DNA from: Victivallales bacterium
Lineage (GTDB): Bacteria > Verrucomicrobiota > Lentisphaeria > Oligosphaerales > Oligosphaeraceae
Length of the DNA stretch: 64,000 nucleotides
NCBI GenBank assembly: GCA_017417585.1
Contig: JAFPYX010000036.1
Location: 10,948-74,947, forward strand
Reading direction: 5' to 3'
A program made the translations under genes and the position numbers. Positions 50,101-57,733 of this stretch are shown piece after piece; position 1 is the first letter of the stretch; each line of letters starts with the position of its first letter. The notes under the pieces are model-generated. The model was given only the letters and a program-made list of their open reading frames with translations, was not told where the DNA came from and made no database searches.

Positions 50101-50192
50101 AAGGCGGCGGTCAGTCCTACTACTACCAGCTCTCCCCCGGCGTCACCGTCACCAAGACTCCTTCGCAATTCCCCATCTTCCGCCTGCCGTGA
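47172..50192 (+). CDS. Large secreted glycoside hydrolase-like protein with an N-terminal CBM4/9-like module, a central TIM-barrel-like region and a C-terminal CBM9/DOMON-like module (family unknown)
   Basis: Signal peptide MKKSLVFALALFSCVLFA (ATG at 47172; an alternative ATG lies at 47163). N-terminal jelly-roll pattern. C-terminal region LWEGDCFQIAFAP resembles CBM9. Confidence 0.5.
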   Translation: MKKSLVFALALFSCVLFAENLLTGDSGYEAGLGYFNRAWYDRGVMLTHSNEGTVPQGRQYATFELPAQANYCYSGNLIRLTAKTDYVFSCWIKTTGKLTAKLGVVNSHWKDTQFHDFTINSEWTRIEVPFQPMLDDEYWLLIDLYSQDDAPQQVSFDAVQLENGTAATAFTTDALVTSIAIPSEHNQVFFPEEIPTLRLTAYDGGGDTAAPMAFTLRVNDFQGNAIVVSEHAIAWQDQIFQQDIQLPVKDLGLYTVHLTWQDSSGQPVGEELLDSYAVVPHPRATDPEVRPYFGVNSSMPRGVDRLGVRWTEVCAWWCTLQPDRNRYDFDFTLQTIRERKARGFQVRFTLVHLPCTPYWAWRPDEVEEAKSWGFEPNYRFRPSEESIPLLEQMFADFLAEAAPYIDLIEIGGEDELIGGAEAYYRKKYPEFIQNGSVNGPVCESIAQMVNACIRAAKRVCPEKPITVGRPSGGDCYSNNFGFSRNVLKNITEPYDYFGMDCYTYQMRYLNAENMPNIGSPNRDYQGVFERARAVTADLGKGQPPCVAEYGFAIDNRLAPDDPLQQEETARMLAAALTAKLLGSPIFFWFNTEGCIESNFFDYGMWHRTTPMLLIPAMAQVTQVVEGVRQTDARLGNPEGNLKLGLFGQKDRAVLALWTDHAPNPVKLQLPADAYGLDFLGNSAELPADGLLTATILPIYIVLDGEDAFPKLHETLDSAQDQAFMLSAALNLDAQNRATLVIDGPATSHTAELTCELRLDDAPAITAVKSANQPLPWTIPVTLPKEPAHQLDLTIMSNSGQKQTSLFPLSFTQLANGRNLIDDFGDARQDIVPPDPWIQWNGKDDLGGQVFLTFDQNTVTIDAIITDDQHFHNKDRSQLWEGDCFQIAFAPQVSIAPNALNLGYAPGDSEFVFALNSADGPQWMSYAKDYPAEPEFTIVRDEAKHTTTYRITLQRKLLGLDKPGQFFRFCCVAFDDDEGGGQSYYYQLSPGVTVTKTPSQFPIFRLP

Positions 50193-50199
50193 TATTTCT

Positions 50200-50225
50200 G
50201 AATTCGGGGCTTTCACCCCGAATTC
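50200..50225. terminator. 10-bp perfect hairpin just after the stop of the 47172..50192 gene
   Basis: gaattcgggg-ctttca-ccccgaattc. No clear U-tract. Confidence 0.4.
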
Positions 50226-50372
50226 ACCTTGTCCCAGTGTAGTGTCTGCTCAATTCGTCTCAAGTTTTGCCGGCATTCGGGAAGTTTTTGGCACCAATGC
50301 GACTACGTATAATAATTACGTAAGGAAGCTTTTACGAAAAAGCACCCCAAAGGGCACAAAAGATAAAGGAAT

Positions 50373-51296
50373 TTAGCAGACACCACACTGGAGTTCCTTA
50401 CGATAAGGAACGGAAGCCTGGGCGCCGGGGCGCGTCACCGAAATCGCGGCGGCATGCTGGGCAAAGGCTACGGCCTCTTCGCAAGGCATCCCTTCGGCGA
50501 GCGCGACCACGAAGGCGCCGTTGAAGGTATCGCCTGCCGCCACGCAGTCCACCGCCCTGACCTTGCGTCCCGGATGGAGTTTCCCCGTATCCGAACACCA
50601 GCAGCCCTTGGTGCCCATCGTAATCAGTATATGTTTCACCCCGCGCTTGCGCAGCACGGACGCCGCCTGAGCCGCCGACTTCGCGTCCGAGACCTTCACG
50701 CCGGTAAGTAGTTCGGCCTCGCTCTCGTTCGGCGTAATCCATTCCAGGCACCTGTAGAGTTTCGCGGGCAACTTTGCCGCCGGCGCAGGATTGAGTATCA
50801 CGGGGATGCCTGCGGCCTTGGCGGCCTGTGCCGCAAAAAGCACCGTCTTTAACGGAGTCTCCAGCTGCATAAGAAGCGCCGAGGCCGCGGGAAGGCATTC
50901 TTCCAGCGCGGGTTTTACATCCTCCGACGAGAGCGTGCCGTTCGAACCAAGCGCCACGGAGATGCAATTCTGACCATTCCTGTCCACCAGGATCAGCGCC
51001 GTTCCACTAGGCTCCTTCGCATCGACCACCAGCCGTGCATCAATGCCGTCCGCCTTCATCCGGCGTGCGGTATCGCGTCCAAAGAGGTCGTCTCCGACCT
51101 TGGCGACAAAGACGCACTTCGTCGTCTTGCCGCCCAGCCGTGCGACCGCGACCGCCTGGTTGGCGCCCTTCCCGCCCGGGTTCATCAGGAACGTCCCGCC
51201 TGAAACCGTCTCCCCCGGCGCAGGGATCTTCTTGCCCGAGACGACCATGTCGGTGTTCGTGCTGCCCAGGACGATGATGGTTTTCCTGGCGGGCAT
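50373..51296 (-). CDS. rbsK: Ribokinase family sugar kinase
   Basis: VLGSTNTDMV, GGKGANQAVA, GAGDTFNGAF-like AAGDTFNGAF. 307 aa. Confidence 0.82.
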   Translation of the reverse strand: MPARKTIIVLGSTNTDMVVSGKKIPAPGETVSGGTFLMNPGGKGANQAVAVARLGGKTTKCVFVAKVGDDLFGRDTARRMKADGIDARLVVDAKEPSGTALILVDRNGQNCISVALGSNGTLSSEDVKPALEECLPAASALLMQLETPLKTVLFAAQAAKAAGIPVILNPAPAAKLPAKLYRCLEWITPNESEAELLTGVKVSDAKSAAQAASVLRKRGVKHILITMGTKGCWCSDTGKLHPGRKVRAVDCVAAGDTFNGAFVVALAEGMPCEEAVAFAQHAAAISVTRPGAQASVPYRKELQCGVC

Positions 51297-51298
51297 GC

Positions 51299-53008
51299 CT
51301 ACATCTCCAGGATTGCCGGGTCGGGGCAGCGGCCATTCATCACATAGGTGTGATACATCTCCAGTTCGGGGAGATATTCGGCCAGGAACTCCTCGGTCAG
51401 CGTCATCCGTTTGGGCTCGTCAATCGTCTCGGCCAGCAGCAGATATCCCAGGAAGGAGATGGTCGCGATCCGGACCACGGAGAAGGCCATCTGGTCAAAG
51501 AATCGCGTATCGTCGTGGACACTCTCCACCTTCTGGATTGCCTCCTCGACCTTTGCGCGTGCCTCTGCCAGCTTCGCCGCCAGCTCGGCAGCCCGTCCGG
51601 CGTATGGCATCGCCGCCAGCTCGTCAAGACGGCCATTCAGCGTGCGCTTTTTGACGCCGGCGATGGCGGCGACGACCTGGAGCTGGGTGGTTCCCTCGTA
51701 GATATTGGTGATACGCGCATCGCGGTAATAGCGCTCCGCCAGATGGTCGCGCATATAGCCCTTGCCGCCGTGGACCTGAATCCCTTCGTAGGCCACTCGG
51801 TTGCACATTTCGGTATTGAACGCCTTGGTCATCGGCGTGAGGACATCGGCGAGCTGTCCGTACTTGCGCACCATCGCATTGTCCTCGTCGTTGCCGATGC
51901 CGCGGCGGATGCGGTCTTCATGGGCGTCGCGCAAATCCACGATCCGGCTGGTCTCGTAGAGCAGCGTGCGCCCCGCCAGCACGGCCGTACGCATCTTGAC
52001 CAGCAGTGCATTCACCGCGCCGATCTGGTCGATGGACTTTCCAAACTGACGGCGGTTCGCGGCATATTCACGGGCTGCGCGATATGCCGCCTCGCCAATG
52101 CCGACCGCCTGGGAGGCAATCGCCAGCCGCGCGCCGTTCATCAAGCTCATCACGTAGCGGATGAGTCCCATCCGGCGGCTGCCGACCAATTCGGCGGGAA
52201 CACGTTCGAAGGTCAATTCGCACGTGGGTGATCCGTGGATTCCCAGCTTGTCCTCAATTCCGCTGATCTTGAGCTGCGGGCAGCTCTCCACCAAGAACAT
52301 CGAGAGTCCGCGCCCGTCACGAGTACCCTCTTCGCTGCGCGCCAGCACCAGCAGCGCCTTGGCGCGCCCATTGGTGATAAAACGTTTCTTGCCAGTGATG
52401 TACCACTTCCCTGTAGCGGGATCCTGCTCGGCCTTCGTGGTGACCGACTGGAGGTCGCTGCCGGCTTCCGGCTCGGTCAGCGCCATCGCGCCATCCACCT
52501 CGCCGCAGGCGAAGCGCGGGAGCATCCGGTCGCGCTGCTCGTCGTTGCCGAAGCGGTAGAGCGTCTCGGCAATCGACTGGAGTCCAATCAGGTTCTGCAA
52601 CGAGGCATCCGCCCGCGAAATCATCTCGGTCATCATCGAATAGATGGTGGTCGGCAGATTCAGCCCGCCGTAGCGGCGCGGCAGGGTGACGCCATCCAGA
52701 TGGTTGTCCTGCAGAATCTTGAGATTTTCCTGTGTGCCATAGGGGTATTCCACCTTCCCGTTGGCCAGATGGACGTTGTCGCGGTCTACTTGCGTGCCGC
52801 GCGGTGCGAACTCCTCGCCGGAGAGCCTTCCCACCAGGTCCAGTTTCGCGCGGCAATTCTCCTTCGCCTCCGCTAGTGAACCAGGAGCATCCGGGAAGGA
52901 CGCCTTCAGGGTGAAGTCATCCTCGCGCATGCGCAGGACACCCGTCAAATCAGCATGCTCGAAATGGTATTGGAGATCGGAGTTGTCGAGATAGAAATTC
53001 GCGTTCAT
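51299..53008 (-). CDS. Acyl-CoA dehydrogenase (long form with C-terminal extension)
   Basis: ALTEPEAGSD, the GKWYITGKKRFITNG pattern, QVHGGKGYMRD, RITNIYEGTTQLQ. Confidence 0.87.
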   Translation of the reverse strand: MNANFYLDNSDLQYHFEHADLTGVLRMREDDFTLKASFPDAPGSLAEAKENCRAKLDLVGRLSGEEFAPRGTQVDRDNVHLANGKVEYPYGTQENLKILQDNHLDGVTLPRRYGGLNLPTTIYSMMTEMISRADASLQNLIGLQSIAETLYRFGNDEQRDRMLPRFACGEVDGAMALTEPEAGSDLQSVTTKAEQDPATGKWYITGKKRFITNGRAKALLVLARSEEGTRDGRGLSMFLVESCPQLKISGIEDKLGIHGSPTCELTFERVPAELVGSRRMGLIRYVMSLMNGARLAIASQAVGIGEAAYRAAREYAANRRQFGKSIDQIGAVNALLVKMRTAVLAGRTLLYETSRIVDLRDAHEDRIRRGIGNDEDNAMVRKYGQLADVLTPMTKAFNTEMCNRVAYEGIQVHGGKGYMRDHLAERYYRDARITNIYEGTTQLQVVAAIAGVKKRTLNGRLDELAAMPYAGRAAELAAKLAEARAKVEEAIQKVESVHDDTRFFDQMAFSVVRIATISFLGYLLLAETIDEPKRMTLTEEFLAEYLPELEMYHTYVMNGRCPDPAILEM

Positions 53009-53109
53009 GGAAAGCTATTGACTGGACTTGTGGCTAAAGGAGGAGGGAAAACTTAGGCGGGCAGTTAATATAAAGGCTGATGCGCCCAAATCTGCATGGC
53101 ACGGGATCT

Positions 53110-53571
53110 TTACTTGACGGGAGGCACTACGAGCACCGCACAGGAAGCGCGCGAGGCGACCCGTTCGGCGACATTCCCGAAGAAGAAATTCCTCAGCTTG
53201 GAATTATTGGCTCCTTGTCTGCCCAGGACGATGAGCGTCGCGTGGATCTCCTGGGCATATTCGAGGATCTTTTCGTAGTCGCGCCCAATCCGAAAAGCCG
53301 TCACGAAAGTCACCCCTTCGGGGATTCTAGGGCGGTATTCCTGGTCAACCCTTGCATCGATATCCTGTTTTGCCTTTGCGTCGACGTCGATGTCCGCCTG
53401 GTAGATATACGATTTCCAGAATTGGGAATCGGGTTCTGGGATGACATTGAGCAAATGCAACTGGGAATTTGGCCGCCGGGCGGCCGCATCCACCGCATAG
53501 TCAAAGGCCTTGGAGGCATTTTCGGAAAAGTCCGTGCAACAGAGGATGATGGTGTTTTCGTCTGGAGTCAT
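53110..53571 (-). CDS. Universal stress protein (UspA family)
   Basis: 153 aa. IILCCTDFSE, LIVLGRQG, and the C-terminal VAERVASRASCAVLVV pattern. Confidence 0.85.
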   Translation of the reverse strand: MTPDENTIILCCTDFSENASKAFDYAVDAAARRPNSQLHLLNVIPEPDSQFWKSYIYQADIDVDAKAKQDIDARVDQEYRPRIPEGVTFVTAFRIGRDYEKILEYAQEIHATLIVLGRQGANNSKLRNFFFGNVAERVASRASCAVLVVPPVK

Positions 53572-53576
53572 GGCAG

Positions 53577-54887
53577 TTATTTTCCCAGCATCAGGTTAGG
53601 CAGCCAAAGGGCGATTTGGGGGAAGACGGTCAGGATGGCGGCTCCGACAACCAGCACTCCGACAAACGGTATGCATCCTCGGAAGACCTTCTGGAGAGGC
53701 ACATCGCGCATCATCCCAGAGACCACATAAGCATTCAGACCGACCGGCGGGGTCAGGACGCCAATCTGGACCACCGTGACCACCATCACCCCGAACCAGA
53801 TGGGGTCGTAGCCCAGTTTCAAGATTACCGGATAGAAGATCGGGATGGTCATCAGCACCATCGCCAATGCGTCAACCACCGTCCCCATGACCACGAAGAA
53901 AAGCAGGATGAACGCCAGAATGCACCATCCGGGCAAGGGCAGGCCGGTGAGCGTTCCGGCAATGCCGTCCGGAATGCCGGTGACGGCCAGGAAGCGTCCG
54001 AAAATCATTGCCCCGGCGATGATGATCAGAATCATCACGCTGGTCCGCAACGTCTCCTGGATGGAACGGCAGAGGACCTTCCAGGTCAGGCGCTTCCGGA
54101 AAATGGCAATGGCCATGGCACCGGCGGCGCCGACCGCCGCGGCCTCCGTCGGGGTGAACCATCCCAAGAACATTCCGCCGATCACCAGCAGGAAAAGCAC
54201 CACAGTCTCGATGACTCCAAGCAGCGATTTCCAGCGCTGGAGCCAGCTCACCGGCGGGGCAGCCGGCCCCAGTTCCGGTCGCCGGGCACAGGTCCACAGG
54301 ATATATCCGGAAAAAAGCAACGCCAGGAAGATTCCCGGCACAATTCCCGCGATGAAAAGCCGTGCAGGGGACTGCTCCGTCATGATTCCGTAGGCGATGA
54401 AGACCACGCTGGGAGGAATCAGCATGCCCAATCCGCCACCGGCGGCCACGGCCCCTGCCCCCAATCCCATGGAATATTTCCTCTCACGCATTTCAGGCAA
54501 GGCGACTGCCGCAATCGTGGCGGTGGTCGCCGGTCCGGAACCGCAGATTGCGCCAAACGCGGCAGATGCGCCAATGGTCGCGATATTCAGTCCGCCAGGA
54601 AGAAACCCCAACCAGTCGTAGGCGGCCTGGAAAAGACGCTTCGAGATTCCAGAGTGATAGGCCAGCTGCCCCATCAGGACAAACAAAGGGATGACGGTGT
54701 AGTCATATTTGCCAAATGTGTCAAAGGTGCTGGTGACCATCAAGTGGTAGGCCGCCTGGGGATTGTGCATGACCGCCAGGAATCCCACGCAACCGACAAT
54801 GGCCAAGGTAAAACCGACAGGCTGGCTGATGAAAAGCAACGCCAGCAGGAAAAAGCACCCGATGATGCCGACAGCGACAGGAGACAT
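53577..54887 (-). CDS. dctM: TRAP transporter large permease
   Basis: 436 aa, about 12 transmembrane segments. Typical DctM segments: IPLFVLMGQL, GSGPATTATI, IPPSVVFIAYG, LNAYVVSG. Confidence 0.9.
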   Translation of the reverse strand: MSPVAVGIIGCFFLLALLFISQPVGFTLAIVGCVGFLAVMHNPQAAYHLMVTSTFDTFGKYDYTVIPLFVLMGQLAYHSGISKRLFQAAYDWLGFLPGGLNIATIGASAAFGAICGSGPATTATIAAVALPEMRERKYSMGLGAGAVAAGGGLGMLIPPSVVFIAYGIMTEQSPARLFIAGIVPGIFLALLFSGYILWTCARRPELGPAAPPVSWLQRWKSLLGVIETVVLFLLVIGGMFLGWFTPTEAAAVGAAGAMAIAIFRKRLTWKVLCRSIQETLRTSVMILIIIAGAMIFGRFLAVTGIPDGIAGTLTGLPLPGWCILAFILLFFVVMGTVVDALAMVLMTIPIFYPVILKLGYDPIWFGVMVVTVVQIGVLTPPVGLNAYVVSGMMRDVPLQKVFRGCIPFVGVLVVGAAILTVFPQIALWLPNLMLGK

Positions 54888-54951
54888 TTCTTAACTCTTT
54901 TATTACAAGAAAGTTGTAAATTGTTTCATCCGGCGTTTCAAAAGAAGCGCC

Positions 54952-57549
54952 TTAGGGACGAATCATCTCTTTTCCTGGATGCGTGAGATTGTAGACCACG
55001 ACCAGGATGCACAGGCAGAATGAAAGGCCCATGGCATAAAGCACCCAGAAGATCGGAACATTGAGCGAAAGCCCGACCGCATGGGTTTCGAAGAGTCTCT
55101 TTCCATGCTGAAAACAGCTCCAGGAAAGATACATGAAAAGCGAAATCACCAGCAGTCGATTGATCGTGTCCCAGAAGATGCGTGCCTTCTTTGGGAAGCG
55201 CTGGAAAAAGAACTCCACCGCGATGTGTCCCTTGACCGCTGTAACATACGGCATGGCGGCGGAGGTACACAGGCAGGCCAGAAGCTGAACGACATCCACG
55301 GCACCCTGAATCGGCCTGCCGATCTGGCGTCCAATGATATCCGCAAGAGTCAACGCCAGAAAAGCCATCATCGACACTCCGGAAAGCGCGGCAAGCACCA
55401 CACAGAGGAAAGCCGTGATTCTCCGGTAGCCTTCCCAAAAACGTTTTTGCGCATTCCCACCATAGATTGTAAAAAGCCCGGCCACCACCACAAGAGCAAG
55501 CAATGACACCAGTGCTGAGATGTGGTAAGGGTTCTCCATTGTCCCTTGCTCATCAAGCTCCGGCTGCAATTCTGGCAACTGGACCTCTTCTTCCTTCGCG
55601 ACTTGCTCTTTCAGGAATTCGAGCGCCTTTTTGCCCGGCAGTCCACGTTCCTCCACATTTTTGACCCATTCATCCAGCATCGGCTCGATTCGCCGTCGAG
55701 CGAGCGCATCCTCTTCCGGGGACAACGTTTTGACGGATTTGCCGAGTTGAAGAACAAACTCCTCCCCGGCGGCATCCGCCTCGTCCCAGGCCTTTCCATG
55801 CTTCGGAATCCACTCGTCATTGACCTGCATGATAATCTGCCGGATATCCTGGGGCATCTTTCGCCATGTATCCTGATTCATCACCACAAACATCGCGGTA
55901 GTGTAGCCGGCCGACGGGATTTTAACCACGGAATCGATCACCTCTCCCTGCCGCCATCCTTTCAGCGTCTCAATCGGGCAAAGCGTCCCCTCGACCACGC
56001 CTTTGCGAAGCGCCTCGTAGGTATCCGGCTGCCCCATTCCGATGGCATTGCCCTCCAATGCGCGAATCACCAGCGCCGAGACGCCAGTTCCACGGATGGA
56101 TTTCCCCTTGAGTTCGGAGATTTTCTCGGGATGCCCTTTGGCAGCCAGAACGCCAGGCCCGTGTGCATGAATGTACATCACCTTCACATCCTTGAGTTCC
56201 TCTGGCAGAAATGTCCGAAAGTAGGCATTGGCAATCCGGGTGGCCTGCTGTCCATCACGATATCCCAGTGGCAGGTCGAGCCCCTCCATCAAGGGGAACA
56301 TCCCGCGAGAATAGGAAAAGCAGCTCATCCCCAAGTCCGTGACACCCTGCACGACACACTCGTAATTCTCACCTGCAGCGGAAAGCACGCATCCGGGATA
56401 GACGTCGATCTTCACCCTCCCTCCGGTGCGTTCATAGACTTCATTGGCCCATTCGACCGCCAGCTGACTGTGAACATGCGTCGCAGGGAAGAAGACGCTG
56501 TAGGTCAGGTGGAACTCCGGCTCGACCAACTCTGGCAACGAATTGTCGACGTTCGTCTTAGCGACTTGCTCTTTCAGGAATTCCAACGCCTGCTTTCCCG
56601 GCAGTCCGCGCTCTTCCGCATTCCTTGCCCATTCCTCCAGCACCGGTTCGATTTTCTCCCTGGCGAGTGCATCTTCTTCCGGGGCCAGCGTCTCCACGGT
56701 CTTTCCCAAGGAGAGCACAAAGCTTTCGCCTTCGGCATCCGCCGCATCCCAGGCACGACCATGTTTTGGAATCCACTCGTCGTTGATCTGACGGATGACC
56801 TGCTGAATTTCCGGCGGCAGCTTTCTCCAGGCGTCCTTGTTCATCACCACGAACATCGCCGTTGTATAGCCGGCCGAGGGGATTTTCACCACGGAATCGA
56901 TCACCTCGCCCTGACGCCATCCCTTCAGCGTCTCAATCGGGCAGAGCGTCCCCTCGACCACCCCCTTGCGCAATGCCTCGTAGGTATCCGGCTGCCCCAT
57001 GCCGATGGCATTGCCCTCCAATGCGCGAATCACCAGTGCGGAGACTCCAGTGCCCCGAATGGATTTCCCGTGAAGCTCCTTGACCTGGACGACCCGCCCC
57101 TTGACCGCCAATATGCCAGGCCCGTGCGCGTGAATATACATCACCTGTACATCGTCCAATTCCTTGGGATGAAATTTCCGGAAGTATGCGTTGGCAATAC
57201 GGGTGGCCTGCTGTCCATCACGGTACCCCAGCGGCAAGTCGAGCCCCTCCATCATGGGGAACATCCCGCGAGAATACGAGAAGCAACTCATGCCCAGATC
57301 CGTGACGCCCTGGACGACGCATTCATAATTCTCGCCTGCGGAAGAGAGCACGCACCCCGGGGAGACGTCAATCTTCACGCGGCCATTGGTGCGTCTATAG
57401 ACCTCGTTGGCCCACTCGACCGCCAGTTGGCTATGCACATGCGTCGCCGGGAAAAACACACTGTAGGTCAGGCGGAATTCTGGAGATTCACCCCATGCCA
57501 GGGTCGTCCAGCACGCCAAAAGCAGAATTATCGGAAAGAGTTTCTTCAT
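54952..57549 (-). CDS. Fusion protein: signal peptide + two tandem DctP-type TRAP solute-binding domains + linker transmembrane segment + DctQ-type small permease
   Basis: Single open frame (ORF 54952..57639). The likely start is the ATG at 57549, giving MKKLFPIILLLACWTTLAWG. Two 321-aa units both start PEF[RH]LTYSVFFPATHVHSQLAVEWANEVY. After them come ISALVSLLALVVVAGLFTIY and a 4-TM DctQ-like part containing KGHIAVEFFFQRFP. Confidence 0.8.
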   Translation of the reverse strand: MKKLFPIILLLACWTTLAWGESPEFRLTYSVFFPATHVHSQLAVEWANEVYRRTNGRVKIDVSPGCVLSSAGENYECVVQGVTDLGMSCFSYSRGMFPMMEGLDLPLGYRDGQQATRIANAYFRKFHPKELDDVQVMYIHAHGPGILAVKGRVVQVKELHGKSIRGTGVSALVIRALEGNAIGMGQPDTYEALRKGVVEGTLCPIETLKGWRQGEVIDSVVKIPSAGYTTAMFVVMNKDAWRKLPPEIQQVIRQINDEWIPKHGRAWDAADAEGESFVLSLGKTVETLAPEEDALAREKIEPVLEEWARNAEERGLPGKQALEFLKEQVAKTNVDNSLPELVEPEFHLTYSVFFPATHVHSQLAVEWANEVYERTGGRVKIDVYPGCVLSAAGENYECVVQGVTDLGMSCFSYSRGMFPLMEGLDLPLGYRDGQQATRIANAYFRTFLPEELKDVKVMYIHAHGPGVLAAKGHPEKISELKGKSIRGTGVSALVIRALEGNAIGMGQPDTYEALRKGVVEGTLCPIETLKGWRQGEVIDSVVKIPSAGYTTAMFVVMNQDTWRKMPQDIRQIIMQVNDEWIPKHGKAWDEADAAGEEFVLQLGKSVKTLSPEEDALARRRIEPMLDEWVKNVEERGLPGKKALEFLKEQVAKEEEVQLPELQPELDEQGTMENPYHISALVSLLALVVVAGLFTIYGGNAQKRFWEGYRRITAFLCVVLAALSGVSMMAFLALTLADIIGRQIGRPIQGAVDVVQLLACLCTSAAMPYVTAVKGHIAVEFFFQRFPKKARIFWDTINRLLVISLFMYLSWSCFQHGKRLFETHAVGLSLNVPIFWVLYAMGLSFCLCILVVVYNLTHPGKEMIRP
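55558..57483 (-). repeat. Tandem in-frame duplication, 2 x 963 nt (diverged copies)
   Basis: For example, gcgacttgctctttcaggaattc occurs at 55598 and 56561, and ctgtaggtcagg at 56498 and 57461. The offset is exactly 963 nt. There are many scattered mismatches between the copies. Confidence 0.88.
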
Positions 57550-57580
57550 CGCATCACGATTCTTCAGCAGACAACAAGCC

Positions 57581-57586
57581 ATTATA
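57581..57586 (-). promoter_or_regulatory. Candidate -10 box (TATAAT) for the TRAP operon
   Basis: The minus strand reads ttgagTATAATggc about 32 nt upstream of the ATG at 57549. The -35 region is weak. Confidence 0.3.
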
Positions 57587-57733
57587 CTCAATATAATACA
57601 CCCCAAATTCCCAATAATTCCGCCAACTAATTTTTCCATGCAAATTTTGGCACAAGAGTTATTTTATGAGTCAAATCTTTGCTTTTCCATTTATGGCTCC
57701 ATGAATTCGCCCGCCATGTCTCTTCCGAAACCG

